Shown: positions 39,424 through 49,702, counted from the stretch's first letter. The stretch: 64,000 bases of DNA from Clostridia bacterium (GCA_045604405.1 JAZUNZ010000047.1:14663-78662), one strand, 5' to 3'. Made by a program: numbers and translations. Notes: generated by a model from the sequence alone, not told the origin.

Positions 39424-41424
39424 TTGAATCTAGTAGGCAAAACTTTAGGAAACAGATACGAAATGCTAGAAGAAGTTGGCATGGGGGGTATGGCCACAGT
39501 ATATAAAGCTAGATGTAATCTACTTAATAGATTTGTGGCAGTAAAGGTGCTAAAAGATGAATTTTCAAAAGATGCTGAATTTGTGAAAAGATTCAGAGCG
39601 GAAGCACAATCAGCAGCATCTTTAACACATCCAAATATAGTATCAGTGTATGATGTTGGGGAAGAAAATGGCATAAACTATATTGTAATGGAATATTTAG
39701 AGGGAGACACCCTAAAAGATTTCATAGATAAAAACGGTAAATTATCTAACGAGATTACATTAAAATTTGCAAGCCAAATTGCTTCTGCACTTGAGGCAGC
39801 ACATAGTGCTAAGATAATACATAGAGATATAAAACCGCAAAATATAGTGCTAGCAAACAATAATACAATAGCAAAAGTTACAGATTTTGGAATTGCTAAA
39901 ATGAGCTCTAAAGACACAATAACAAGTTCGGCATCAACAATTGGATCGGTACATTATTTTTCGCCAGAACATGCTAAAGGCTGTTATACAGACGAGAAAT
40001 CAGATATATATTCTTTAGGAGTTGTAATGTATGAAATGGCTACAGGAGTATTACCTTTTAATGCGGATAGCCCAGTTACTGTTGCTTTAAAGCAAATACA
40101 AGAAACACCTTTATCTCCAAAAGAAATAGTACCATCTATATCTCAAATGTTAAATGATATTATATTAAAAGCTATGGAAAAAAATACTGCAGATAGATAC
40201 CAAACAGCAGCAGAAATTTTAGACGATATATTTGCGGCAATAAATAGTAGAGAAGATGGACATTTAAGTAGAAGTAAAGATACTAACATGAGCAGTACTC
40301 AAATAGTTCCGATAATAGGACTTAAGGATGATGAGAGACCATCTATAGCAGATGAAATTCCATCAGAAGTTATAAGCTCTAGAAAAACGTCTAGAAGCGG
40401 AATGAAGCTCTCTGAAATAGAAGAACAAAAAGATGAGAAAGCAAAGAAAGAAAAGAAATCTAAAGTAAAGACAACAATAGTTATAATAATAATTGCCTTA
40501 GTTGTAGTTGGTTTTGGTATATTAGTAGGAAACTTAATTTCTACAATAAATGAAAACAGAATACAAAACGAAATAAAGGTGGAAAAAGCTCCTAAACTTG
40601 TAGGTGAAAAATACGAGGATATGAAAACTAAATATGAAGCGCAAGGTCTTATAATATCTGTAAGTAGATATGAAGAAAACGATGAAGTCGCAGAAGGCTA
40701 TATAATTGAGCAGTCTGTAAAAGAAGGAGAGCCTTTAAGAGCCAATTCTATGGAAGTAGTTGTTAGTAAGGGCGTTAAAAAGATCGAAATGATAGAAGTA
40801 GTTGGTAAGGACTACACTGTAGCAAAATACGAATTAGAATCTATAGGACTTGTGCCAGAATTTGAATTTGTAAAAAACGAAAAAATAGATAAAAATTTAA
40901 TAATATCACAGAATATTAAAAAGGGAGAGCAAATACCAATAGGAACTAAAGTAAAGATTGAAGTAAGCGAAGGCGATGGAAAGATTTTAGTTATAGTTCC
41001 AAGTGTTATTGGAAACACTGAAACGAAAGCAAAAACTGCTTTGGAAGATAAAAAACTAAAAGTTACAATATCATACGCAAATGATATAAGTAAAGCTGAT
41101 GGTGTAGTTTTAAGCCAAAGCGTAAAAGAAAATGCGGAGATAGCAGAAGGAAGCACAGTAGAGCTTACTATAAACAGACTTGAAAAAACAAAAACAATAA
41201 CTATTTCATTAAGTACTCTTGCCGAAGGAATAACTGATGAAAGTATTAATGTTAAGGTTACTGCACAAGTCGAAGGAGTAACTCAAACAATTCGCGAAAG
41301 AACGTATACGAGAACGGGAGAGACATTTGAAGATTTTACGGTTGATGTAAACGGATTTACATCTGCAAAAATTACAGTATACATTAATGATGAGATAAAA
41401 GAAACAAAAACGATTTCATTTTAA
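39424..41424 (+). CDS. prkC: Ser/Thr protein kinase with a TM segment and extracellular PASTA repeats.
   Basis: Kinase motifs (VAVKVL, HRDIKPQN, DFGIA) and C-terminal PASTA-like repeats. TTG start. Confidence 0.93.
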   Translation: MNLVGKTLGNRYEMLEEVGMGGMATVYKARCNLLNRFVAVKVLKDEFSKDAEFVKRFRAEAQSAASLTHPNIVSVYDVGEENGINYIVMEYLEGDTLKDFIDKNGKLSNEITLKFASQIASALEAAHSAKIIHRDIKPQNIVLANNNTIAKVTDFGIAKMSSKDTITSSASTIGSVHYFSPEHAKGCYTDEKSDIYSLGVVMYEMATGVLPFNADSPVTVALKQIQETPLSPKEIVPSISQMLNDIILKAMEKNTADRYQTAAEILDDIFAAINSREDGHLSRSKDTNMSSTQIVPIIGLKDDERPSIADEIPSEVISSRKTSRSGMKLSEIEEQKDEKAKKEKKSKVKTTIVIIIIALVVVGFGILVGNLISTINENRIQNEIKVEKAPKLVGEKYEDMKTKYEAQGLIISVSRYEENDEVAEGYIIEQSVKEGEPLRANSMEVVVSKGVKKIEMIEVVGKDYTVAKYELESIGLVPEFEFVKNEKIDKNLIISQNIKKGEQIPIGTKVKIEVSEGDGKILVIVPSVIGNTETKAKTALEDKKLKVTISYANDISKADGVVLSQSVKENAEIAEGSTVELTINRLEKTKTITISLSTLAEGITDESINVKVTAQVEGVTQTIRERTYTRTGETFEDFTVDVNGFTSAKITVYINDEIKETKTISF

Positions 41425-41446
41425 ATGAAAATAAGGAGGAATTAAG

Positions 41447-42523
41447 ATGCTAAAGAAAATCGCAATAATGACAGCTGGAGGAGATTGTCCAGGGCTTAAT
41501 GCAGCAATAAAATCAGTAGTAATGAGCGCCCATCAACTTGGGGTTGAGGTCGTTGGTATAATTGATGGATACAGAGGCTTTGTAGAGGGATATTATAAAG
41601 AGCTTACACCAGAAAACGTAGAAAATATTGAACATATGGGAGGAACTGTTTTAGGTTCATCTAACAAGGAGTGTCCGTTCTATTATTTGGTAGATAGGGA
41701 TACTATGAAATATGAAGATAAAACAGAGGATTCTATAGCTGCTCTAAGAAAACTAGGAGTAGAAGGACTTATAGTAATAGGTGGAGATGGAACTCTAGAT
41801 TCTGCAAGAGTAATAAATGAAAGAGGAATGCCTACAATAGGAATACCAAAAACAATAGATAATGATATGGCAGCAAGTAATCCTACAATTGGTTTTGATA
41901 CAGCTGTTAGCAATGTTGTTGAAGGAACAACTAGAATAAGAAGTACAGCAGACTCACATAGAAGAGTAATTGTTGTAGAAGTAATGGGAAGAACATCAGG
42001 ATATTTAACACTTTATGGTGGATTTGCAGCAGGTGCAGATATTATACTTTTGCCAGAGCTAGATTATGATTTAGAAAAAGTATGTGACAAAGTAAAGGAA
42101 ATAACGTCAAGAAAAAGATCAGCAATTATTACAGTTGCTGAATCTGCAAAAGAGATGGGAAAAAGTGAAACAGTAGCAAAACTATTAAATGATAGTTTTG
42201 AACAAAAAAGATATGGTGGTGTAGCAGAAAAGCTTGCAAACCAAATAGAAGAAAAAACGGGAATAGAATGTAGACATGTAGTATTAGGACATACCCAACG
42301 AGGAGGCCATCCTACGCATGCAGATTTAATAACTGCAGCACAACAAGGAAACTATGCATTTAATCTTCTTGTAAACGGGGAATCAGGATATATAGTTGGA
42401 ATGGATGGAGAGTCTATGAAAAAGATGGAATTTCCTAAAGAAAGAATACCAAGAGTTCTAGATATTGAAACCAATCCACTAGTAAGAACAGCAAAAGCTA
42501 TAGGAGTTTTCTTTGGAAGATAA
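41447..42523 (+). CDS. pfkA: 6-phosphofructokinase.
   Basis: MTAGGDCPGLNAAI, GGDGTL and PKTIDND motifs. Confidence 0.88.
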   Translation: MLKKIAIMTAGGDCPGLNAAIKSVVMSAHQLGVEVVGIIDGYRGFVEGYYKELTPENVENIEHMGGTVLGSSNKECPFYYLVDRDTMKYEDKTEDSIAALRKLGVEGLIVIGGDGTLDSARVINERGMPTIGIPKTIDNDMAASNPTIGFDTAVSNVVEGTTRIRSTADSHRRVIVVEVMGRTSGYLTLYGGFAAGADIILLPELDYDLEKVCDKVKEITSRKRSAIITVAESAKEMGKSETVAKLLNDSFEQKRYGGVAEKLANQIEEKTGIECRHVVLGHTQRGGHPTHADLITAAQQGNYAFNLLVNGESGYIVGMDGESMKKMEFPKERIPRVLDIETNPLVRTAKAIGVFFGR

Positions 42524-42644
42524 TACTCATTAAGGTCGATTTTTGTCGACCTCTTTTTTATAATAATTAGCTCTTTTCATTGCAAGCTGTATACTTTTGT
42601 GATATCATACTAGCTATGTAAAGGCTATATAATAAGGAGATATA

Positions 42645-43178
42645 ATGAAAAAAATATATGTGCTTTTAATGCACACAAACACTATACCATCAAAATTAAT
42701 AAAATTTTTTACAAGGTACAAATATAGTCATGTTTCAATTTCTTTACAGAAGGACTGTAATACTATGTATAGCTTTGGAAGACGAAATTTATACAATATT
42801 TTTAATGCAGGATTTGTTGTAGAAACAAGTGATGGAAGTTTTTTCAAAAAATTTAACAAAACACTTTGTAGAATATATGAGATTGAAGTTACAGATAAAC
42901 AATACGAAAATGTAAAAAAAGTTTTAGAGGAAATGGAAGCGAATATGAATGATTACAAATATGATTTCTTGGGTATAATTCCTAGATTTTTTAAAATACC
43001 AGTAACTTTTGAAAACAAATTTGTTTGTAGCTACTTTGTTGCAGACCTTCTTGAAAAAGCTGAAGTATGCACGTTTGAAAAGGCCACTTGTTTTGTAGTT
43101 CCAAAAAGTTTTGAACACGTTAATAAATTTCATGAAATATATAATGGCAGCTACTTAAAGTACACAGCCAGAAGTTAG
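42645..43178 (+). CDS. Hypothetical protein, possibly a YiiX/YaeF-type permuted papain-fold (C92) family member.
   Basis: Conserved YSHVSIS and CSYFVADLL segments. 177 aa. Confidence 0.35.
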   Translation: MKKIYVLLMHTNTIPSKLIKFFTRYKYSHVSISLQKDCNTMYSFGRRNLYNIFNAGFVVETSDGSFFKKFNKTLCRIYEIEVTDKQYENVKKVLEEMEANMNDYKYDFLGIIPRFFKIPVTFENKFVCSYFVADLLEKAEVCTFEKATCFVVPKSFEHVNKFHEIYNGSYLKYTARS

Positions 43179-43221
43179 ATTAGAGCTAAAGCTCTAATTT
43201 TTTTATAATTTTTTAAAAAAT

Positions 43222-43290
43222 ACAAACTTTTGTTTGACATTTGTATTTGTATAATATATAATAAAACAAACATAAGTTTTGGAGGTTTGT
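43222..43290 (+). promoter_or_regulatory. lexA promoter (TTGACA / TATAAT) overlapped by candidate LexA operators.
   Basis: CAAACTTTTGTTTG perfect palindrome at 43225-43238 (AAAC-N4-GTTT). AAACATAAGTTT at 43272-43283 resembles the Cheo-box GAACATATGTTC. Confidence 0.5.
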
Positions 43291-43291
43291 T

Positions 43292-43927
43292 ATGGAAAAA
43301 AATGATAGTGAATTAAGTCAAAATGAACTAAATATTTTAAATTATATAAGGAAACAAGTTAAAGAGGTTGGATATCCACCTTCTGTAAGAGAACTTTGTA
43401 AGGCCGTTGGACTAAAATCTACATCATCAGTACACTTATATTTATCTCGTTTAGCAGAAAAAGGGTATATAAAAAAAGGAAACTTAAAAACAAGAGCGTT
43501 GAAAGTTACAGGTGAAAGTGTAGCTGAGGCAAAAGATCCAGACATGCTGGAAATACCACTTGTTGGTCAAGTGGCAGCAGGTCTTCCAATTCTTGCTGAA
43601 GAAAATATAGAAGAATATGTAAAACTACCTTCAAGTATGGTAAAACAAAATACAAAAGCTGAAGGAACATACATGCTTAAAGTTAAAGGCGATAGCATGA
43701 TAAATGTTGGAATTTTCTCAGGAGATTATATTATAGTATCTAAATGTCAAACTGCAGAAAATGGGCAAATTATAGTAGCTTTAGTAGACAACGAAGCTAC
43801 TGTTAAAACTTTCTATAAAGAAAAAGAACATATAAGACTACAACCTGAGAATGATACAATGGAACCAATCATTGTAAAAGATGTGCAAATACTTGGAAAA
43901 GTTGTAGGATTAATTAGAAGATTTTAA
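43292..43927 (+). CDS. lexA: LexA repressor.
   Basis: N-terminal wHTH, an A-G cleavage region (QVAAGLP), and the S24 peptidase Ser/Lys motifs (GDSM..VVGLIR). Confidence 0.93.
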   Translation: MEKNDSELSQNELNILNYIRKQVKEVGYPPSVRELCKAVGLKSTSSVHLYLSRLAEKGYIKKGNLKTRALKVTGESVAEAKDPDMLEIPLVGQVAAGLPILAEENIEEYVKLPSSMVKQNTKAEGTYMLKVKGDSMINVGIFSGDYIIVSKCQTAENGQIIVALVDNEATVKTFYKEKEHIRLQPENDTMEPIIVKDVQILGKVVGLIRRF

Positions 43928-43977
43928 ATCACATGTCCCAACCTCTGGCATAAAATATAATATGCCGGAGGTAAATT

Positions 43978-44556
43978 ATGCTAAAAAACTTAAAAGTAGG
44001 ACTAGGGATAACGGGATCATTTTGTAATTTATCTAAGGTGAAGCCTGAAATAGATATGTTAAAGGCTGAGGGAGTAGAAAAAATATTACCTATAGTATCG
44101 TATAGTATTTTGACAGAGACAAATAGGTTTGGTACACCCGAGGATACTATAACTCTACTAAAAGATGAAACAGGTGAGGAGATAGTGGATACTATTTCTA
44201 AGGCTGAGCCAATAGGCCCAAAAAACTTAGTAGATATTATTGTTGTAGCACCTTGCACAGGAAATACTATAGCCAAGCTTGCACACGGCATCACAGATAC
44301 GCCTGTTCTTATGGCTATAAAAGGGCATATTAGGAACAATAAACCAGTAGTATTAGGTGTAGCAACAAATGATGGAATGGGTGCAAATGGTGAAAATATT
44401 TTAAAACTTTTAAATACGAAAAATATATACTTTATTCCATTTACACAAGATGATCCAGAAAAAAAGCCAAAATCTTTAGTATATGACTACACAAAATTAG
44501 TAGATACTATGAAGCTGGCATTACAAAATAAACAAATAGGGCCAATTATTATATAA
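43978..44556 (+). CDS. dpaB: Dipicolinate synthase subunit B (SpoVFB/DpaB)-like flavoprotein.
   Basis: Collinear with Bacillus SpoVFB: KAEPIGPK, VVAPCTGNTIAKLAHGITDTPVLMA, NNKPVVLGVATNDGMGANG, IYFIPFTQDDPEKKP. Confidence 0.75.
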   Translation: MLKNLKVGLGITGSFCNLSKVKPEIDMLKAEGVEKILPIVSYSILTETNRFGTPEDTITLLKDETGEEIVDTISKAEPIGPKNLVDIIVVAPCTGNTIAKLAHGITDTPVLMAIKGHIRNNKPVVLGVATNDGMGANGENILKLLNTKNIYFIPFTQDDPEKKPKSLVYDYTKLVDTMKLALQNKQIGPIII

Positions 44557-44660
44557 TGTATAGCGGGAAGTTATAATACTTACCCGCTTTAGTATATACA
44601 ATTTTACAAAAATATTATATAATAGTGAGGAGAATAAAACGGATTTAGGAGGATAATAAA

Positions 44661-45086
44661 GTGCTAATAAAAGAGTTTGAAGATAGATATCGCGATGACC
44701 TAATATACATGGTTTTAAGTGCAAAGAATGCTTTAGGAAGAGTTCCTAAATTAAACGAGGATTTGTTGGATATAAAACAGAATTATTTAGATAAGGGACA
44801 AGCTTTTTGGATTGCAGTAGACGAATTTGATAGAGTGATTGGATGCATTGGAACTAAAATAGATGATGAAGGAAATGTGTTTTTATCTAGACTTTATGTT
44901 AGATTTGATTTAAAGAGAAAAGGAATTGGAGGCAGGCTGTTGGAAACCGCTGAAAATTTCGCAAGAGAAAAAGGGTACAAAGAACTACATGTACACCTTG
45001 CAAAAGATTATCTAGAAAGCGACATATTTTATTCTAAACATGGATATCAAGAATACAAAGAGCTTTATAGGAAAAAAGAGTTATAA
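44661..45086 (+). CDS. GNAT family N-acetyltransferase.
   Basis: RGKGIGGRLLE acetyl-CoA binding motif. Confidence 0.8.
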   Translation: MLIKEFEDRYRDDLIYMVLSAKNALGRVPKLNEDLLDIKQNYLDKGQAFWIAVDEFDRVIGCIGTKIDDEGNVFLSRLYVRFDLKRKGIGGRLLETAENFAREKGYKELHVHLAKDYLESDIFYSKHGYQEYKELYRKKEL

Positions 45087-45111
45087 TTGAGAGTAATATA
45101 TGAGGGTAAAT

Positions 45112-45453
45112 ATGATAAAAAAATATAAAGTAATAACTTTGTGCGGTTCTACTAGATTCAAAGATGAATTTTTAAAAGCACAAAAATAGCTGACCTTACA
45201 AGGAAACATTGTAATTTCTGTTGGACTATTTGGACACTCAGGAGATTCTGAAGTTTGGGAAAACATGGATGAGGGGACATTAACAAAGACAAAAGAAATG
45301 TTAGATGATATGCACAAACGAAAAATTGATATGGCAGATGAAATATTTGTTGTAAATGTTGGTGGTTATATAGGAGATAGCACTAAATCTGAAATAGAAT
45401 ATGCAATTTCAACAAACAAAAAAGTTAATTATTTAGAGTCCAATGAACAATGA
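45112..45453 (+). pseudogene. Small nucleoside 2-deoxyribosyltransferase-like / DUF4406-like gene interrupted by a single in-frame TAG at 45187-45189.
   Basis: GAGGG RBS followed by ATG 45112: MIKKYKVITLCGSTRFKDEFLKAQK*. The same frame continues LTLQGNIVISVGLFGHS..MDEGTL.. to 45453. Confidence 0.55.
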
Positions 45454-45481
45454 GAAGAACAAAAATAAGAAGGTTAAAAAG

Positions 45482-45898
45482 ATGAATCTTAAAATAGAGT
45501 ATTTTATTAATGCTAAAGATTATTTGATGTTAAGAAGTGAATTAGGTTGGAAACAAATAAAAGAAGGACAAGCAGAGAGAGCTTTAAAAAAATCTATGAT
45601 TAATATATCCATATTTGATAAAGGCAAATGTATAGGTATGGGTAGAATTGTAGGCGATTATGTTTTAAAGGGAATGTTAACTGATATTATAGTAAGTAAG
45701 GCTTACCATGGAAAAGGAATAGGCAAGTTGATTGTTACTACATTAATAAAAGAATTGAACAAGACGCTTAATGAGGGAGATTTATTTCAATTGGAAGCTT
45801 CTCCTACTAACGGCAATAGAGATTTTTATGTTAAATGTGGTTTGAAATATAAACCAGAGAATCAAGATGGCGTTTATTTGTGGATTAATAAAGACTAA
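45482..45898 (+). CDS. GNAT family N-acetyltransferase.
   Basis: HGKGIGKLIV motif. 138 aa from the internal Met. Confidence 0.75.
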   Translation: MNLKIEYFINAKDYLMLRSELGWKQIKEGQAERALKKSMINISIFDKGKCIGMGRIVGDYVLKGMLTDIIVSKAYHGKGIGKLIVTTLIKELNKTLNEGDLFQLEASPTNGNRDFYVKCGLKYKPENQDGVYLWINKD

Positions 45899-45960
45899 AA
45901 TAAGATAAAAAAGCAATTTATAAATTTGAAAATAGATAGAGGGAAGTGAAAAGTATGAAC

Positions 45961-45997
45961 GAAGAAAAAAGTTTTTCTAATTCCCATATCAACTGGG
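45961..45997 (+). repeat. 37-bp direct repeat, copy 1, carrying the chromosomal rbgA start (MNEEKSFSNSHINW). Copy 2 is at 46340-46376.
   Basis: GAAGAAAAAAGTTTTTCTAATTCCCATATCAACTGGG is identical at both positions. Confidence 0.85.
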
Positions 45998-46102
45998 TGA
46001 TACGGATTTAAGTAAAACCACTCGCAATCACTTATAAATAAATAATATTATTAAAAAAGTTTTTACACTTTTTAATTGAAATTAATAGAAATGGAGGTAA
46101 CA

Positions 46103-46420
46103 ATGAAGAAAATTAGTGATAAGTATACCAGCAATACTTTTGAAAATATAAAGCATACTGATGATTATGACAATGAATTTTGGTTTGCCCGTGAATTACA
46201 AAAAGTTTTAGAATATAAAGATTGGAGAAATTTTCAAAAAGTAATAGATAAAGCAATTTTATCAGCAAATAATAGTGTTTCAAGTGAAGAGGATTGGGTT
46301 GTTGAGGTCAACAAGCCAATTAAAACTGGTAAAGGTAAAGAAGAAAAAAGTTTTTCTAATTCCCATATCAACTGGGAAATACCGACTTATGAAAAACTTC
46401 CCACAAATGCTTATAAATAA
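46103..46420 (+). pseudogene. N-terminal fragment of a DinD-like (DNA-damage-inducible protein D, Bro-N/KilA-N-like) gene, fused to a junction repeat.
   Basis: FENIKHTDDYDNEFWFARELQKVLEYKDWRNFQKVIDKAI matches the DinD N-terminus. The ORF then runs into EEKSFSNSHINWEIPTYEKLPTNAYK*. Confidence 0.6.
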
Positions 46421-46532
46421 AGGATTTAAAGCATATTTCTTTTTACATTTTATAGGTAAAAAATAATAAAAATCCAAACAAATAGAGGTAATTACGACTT
46501 ATGAAAAACTTTTATATAAGAAGGTGAATATT

Positions 46533-47219
46533 TTGAAAATAGAAGATTTAAGAAAAGATTATGATAAATTACAAGTTAAATATGGTGCTAAGGAATTAGA
46601 TTCTATATATAATGGTGGATGCGAAGAATGTCCCGATATTTGTTTTGTTTTTATGAATCCTACTGGTAAAAATATTGCAAGTGATAAATCTTGGAAAGGG
46701 AGAAAGTCTCCATGGTTAGGGACTAAAAATATATGGAAATTATTTTATAAAGTTAATTTATTATGCGAAGAAACGTTTAACAAAATTAAAGAAAAGAAAC
46801 CAAAAGACTGGGATTATGAATTTTGTGATTATGTTTATGAAGAAATAGCTAATAATAAATTATTTATTACCAATTTAGGAAAATGTACGCAAGTAGATGC
46901 AAGACCATTATCAGATGAAGTATTAAAAAAATATCTTAATTTACTATTTAAAGAAATAGATATAATAAAACCAAAAGTAATCATCACTTTTGGTAATCAA
47001 GTTAGTTCTATTATTTTAAATAAAAAGATATCAGTATCTGAAAATAGGAAAACCTGTCATGAAATAGAAATTAATAAAAACAAATATAAAGTTTATCCCG
47101 TTTATTATCCAGTTGGTAATGGTATATTTAATATTGATAAATCAATAGAAGACATAAAGTGGATAATTGAAAATGAAATAAAAAAAGAAGAACAAAATCT
47201 TTTTTGTGAAATTTTATAG
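46533..47219 (+). CDS. Uracil-DNA glycosylase superfamily protein, Mug/family-2-like in its motifs (cargo of E1).
   Basis: ICFVFMNPTGK (G-x-NP motif A-like), ITNLGKC, YYPVGNG (motif B-like). Confidence 0.45.
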   Translation: MKIEDLRKDYDKLQVKYGAKELDSIYNGGCEECPDICFVFMNPTGKNIASDKSWKGRKSPWLGTKNIWKLFYKVNLLCEETFNKIKEKKPKDWDYEFCDYVYEEIANNKLFITNLGKCTQVDARPLSDEVLKKYLNLLFKEIDIIKPKVIITFGNQVSSIILNKKISVSENRKTCHEIEINKNKYKVYPVYYPVGNGIFNIDKSIEDIKWIIENEIKKEEQNLFCEIL

Positions 47220-47233
47220 AAAGTTGTAATAAT

Positions 47234-48445
47234 ATGATGAAATATAAAGCAGCAGCATATCTTCGTTTGTCAAAAGAGGAATTTAGTAATGAAAAAGAAT
47301 CCAATAGTATAACTAATCAAAAACTAATTATAGATAAATATTTAGAAAATAATAAAAAATATGTATTAGTAGATTATTATATAGATGATGGATATTCAGG
47401 TACTAATTTTAATAGACCAGAATTTCAAAGAATGTTAGAAGATATAAAAAATAAGAAAATAGATGTAATAATTATAAAAGATTTATCAAGACTTGGTAGA
47501 AATTATATTGAAACAGGTAATTATATAGAGGTAATATTTCCTGCTATGGGAGTATCTGTAATTTCAGCAGATGAAGATTGTGAAATTGATTCATCAGATT
47601 ACTATGGTGACGATTATTTACCATTAAAAAATTTGTTTAATGATATGTATGCAAAAGATATATCAAAGAAAGTAAGAAGTTCTTTAATAGTAAAGAAATA
47701 TAATGGAGAGTTTGTTGGTAAATTAGCACCTTATGGATATATAAAAGATCCGAAAGATAAACATAAGTTTTTAATTGATAAAAATGTATCACATATAATT
47801 AAAAAAATATTTGATATGATACTTAATGGAAAAAGTAGAAGAGAAGTTGCTGACTTTTTAAATAATAATGATATATTAACTCCAAGTGAGTATTTAAAAA
47901 TTAATACGGAGAAAGATACAACTATAATGAAAAAGTGGAATCCTGAAATGGTGAATTCAATATTGAAAAACGAAAACTATACGGGAACACTATTTCAAGG
48001 CAAGAAAAGAAAGCTAAATTATAGGATTGATAAGAAAATAAAGTTAGACAAAGAAAATTGGATCGTTACTGAAAATCATCACGAAGCAATTATAAGCAAA
48101 GAAAAGTTTGACAAAGTTCAAGAGATTTTGGATAGGAAATCCAAAATAAATAAGGATGGAAGTATTGATATATTATCTGGGATTTTAAAGTGTAAATGTT
48201 GTGGCAGTAATATGATAAAGAGAACATCTAAAGGTAATGTTTATTATTATTGTTCTAATTACTATAGAACAAAGAAGTGTGAAAACAATAAATCAATATC
48301 AAAAAGTATAGTAGAGGAATTTATTAAAAAAGAATTAAATATAAATGAGATTACTAGATTAAATATAAATAATAATATAAAATATATTAGTGTTGTTTCT
48401 AATAATGAAATTGAAATTATAAAAACGAATGGAAGTGATAAATAA
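47234..48445 (+). CDS. Large serine recombinase (resolvase domain plus recombinase domain plus zinc ribbon), 403 aa.
   Basis: AAYLRLSKEE (catalytic Ser), DDGYSGTNFNRP, IKDLSRLGRN, and C-terminal CKCCGS..YYCSNYYRTKKC. Confidence 0.88.
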   Translation: MMKYKAAAYLRLSKEEFSNEKESNSITNQKLIIDKYLENNKKYVLVDYYIDDGYSGTNFNRPEFQRMLEDIKNKKIDVIIIKDLSRLGRNYIETGNYIEVIFPAMGVSVISADEDCEIDSSDYYGDDYLPLKNLFNDMYAKDISKKVRSSLIVKKYNGEFVGKLAPYGYIKDPKDKHKFLIDKNVSHIIKKIFDMILNGKSRREVADFLNNNDILTPSEYLKINTEKDTTIMKKWNPEMVNSILKNENYTGTLFQGKKRKLNYRIDKKIKLDKENWIVTENHHEAIISKEKFDKVQEILDRKSKINKDGSIDILSGILKCKCCGSNMIKRTSKGNVYYYCSNYYRTKKCENNKSISKSIVEEFIKKELNINEITRLNINNNIKYISVVSNNEIEIIKTNGSDK

Positions 48446-48576
48446 TGGATATGTATCAAAAAAGAGAAATGAGAAAAAATAAAAAGATGGATGAAAACAC
48501 AAAAGGTTTACCATCGACGAGCATCAACTGGGAAATAACGACTTATGGAAAACTTCCTAGAAAGACTTATAAATAA
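48445..48576 (+). repeat. Element-borne substitute rbgA 5' end (MDMYQKREMRKNKKMDENTKGLPSTSINW..), then the element-end module. A second copy of the module lies at 48645-48669.
   Basis: About 85% identical to 52132-52218, which is the copy now joined to rbgA. Confidence 0.7.
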
Positions 48577-48685
48577 AGGTTTTAAATCAGATTTCTTTTT
48601 ACATTTTATAGATGAAAAATGATAAAATTTTAAAGAAAATAGGGGAAATAACGACTTATGGAAAACTTTAGAAAGGAGAAAGAAT

Positions 48686-49702
48686 ATGGTAAAAGATTTA
48701 ATAATTAGAAGTAGCGCTGAAGAATTTATAACATTTAAAGTACAAGAAAAAGATAAAGGCATACAAGTAAGATACGAAAATGAAACTTTATGGATGACTC
48801 AAAAAGCTATGGCGGAATTATTTAATGTAGAACAACCAGCAATAGCAAAGCATCTAATTAATATTTATAATGAAAAAGAGTTAGATAAAGATTCAACTTA
48901 TTCCAAAATGGAATTAGTTCAAAAAGAAGGAAATAGACAAGTAAAAAGACATGTTGAATTTTATAATTTAGATGCAATTATTTCAGTAGGATATAGAGTG
49001 AATTCTTTAAGAGCAACTCAATTTAGAAGATGGGCTACCAATATATTGAAAACTTTCACTATCCAAGGCTATGTTTTAGATAAGGAAAGAATGAAAAATG
49101 GATCTTTTATAGATAAAGATTATTTTGAAAAATTGTTAGAAGAAATAAGAGAAATAAGGCTATCTGAAAGAAGATTTTATCAAAAAATCACGGACATTTA
49201 TGCAACAAGTATTGATTATGATTCAAAGTCTCCTATATCAATAGAGTTTTTTAAAAAAGTTCAAAATAAAATGCATTATGCAGTATCTCGTCAAACTGCA
49301 GCAGAAATTATTTATAGTAGAGCAGATTCAGAAAAAGAAAACATGGGGCTTACTTCTTGGAAAAAATCTCCTAATGGTAAAATTATGGAATCAGATGTTG
49401 TAATTGCTAAGAATTATTTATCAAAAGATGAACTTCAAGATTTAGAAGGAATTGTAAGTGCCTTTTTAGAAATTGCTGAAAATAGGGCAAGAAGACATAT
49501 TCCTATGACAATGGAAGATTGGGCAACTAGAATAGATAAATTTTTATTATCTGATGATAGAGATATATTAAATGATGCAGGTAAAATATCACACGAAATA
49601 GCTTGCGATAAAGCATTAACTGAATTTGAAAAATATAGAATAAAGCAAGATAAACTATATAAATCAGACTTTGATTTGTTATTAGAGGAAACTGAAGGAT
49701 AG
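48686..49702 (+). CDS. RhuM-family (virulence protein RhuM-like) protein (cargo of E2).
   Basis: 338 aa. The segments NLDAIISVGYRVNSLRATQFRRWAT and ETLWMTQKAMAELF are typical of RhuM. Confidence 0.7.
   Translation: MVKDLIIRSSAEEFITFKVQEKDKGIQVRYENETLWMTQKAMAELFNVEQPAIAKHLINIYNEKELDKDSTYSKMELVQKEGNRQVKRHVEFYNLDAIISVGYRVNSLRATQFRRWATNILKTFTIQGYVLDKERMKNGSFIDKDYFEKLLEEIREIRLSERRFYQKITDIYATSIDYDSKSPISIEFFKKVQNKMHYAVSRQTAAEIIYSRADSEKENMGLTSWKKSPNGKIMESDVVIAKNYLSKDELQDLEGIVSAFLEIAENRARRHIPMTMEDWATRIDKFLLSDDRDILNDAGKISHEIACDKALTEFEKYRIKQDKLYKSDFDLLLEETEG

Noticed and set aside
45187-45189. Read-through of the in-frame TAG as pyrrolysine.
   Set aside because: There is no indication of a Pyl system in this window and it is not expected in Clostridium-like genomes. 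A nonsense mutation is the simpler explanation.
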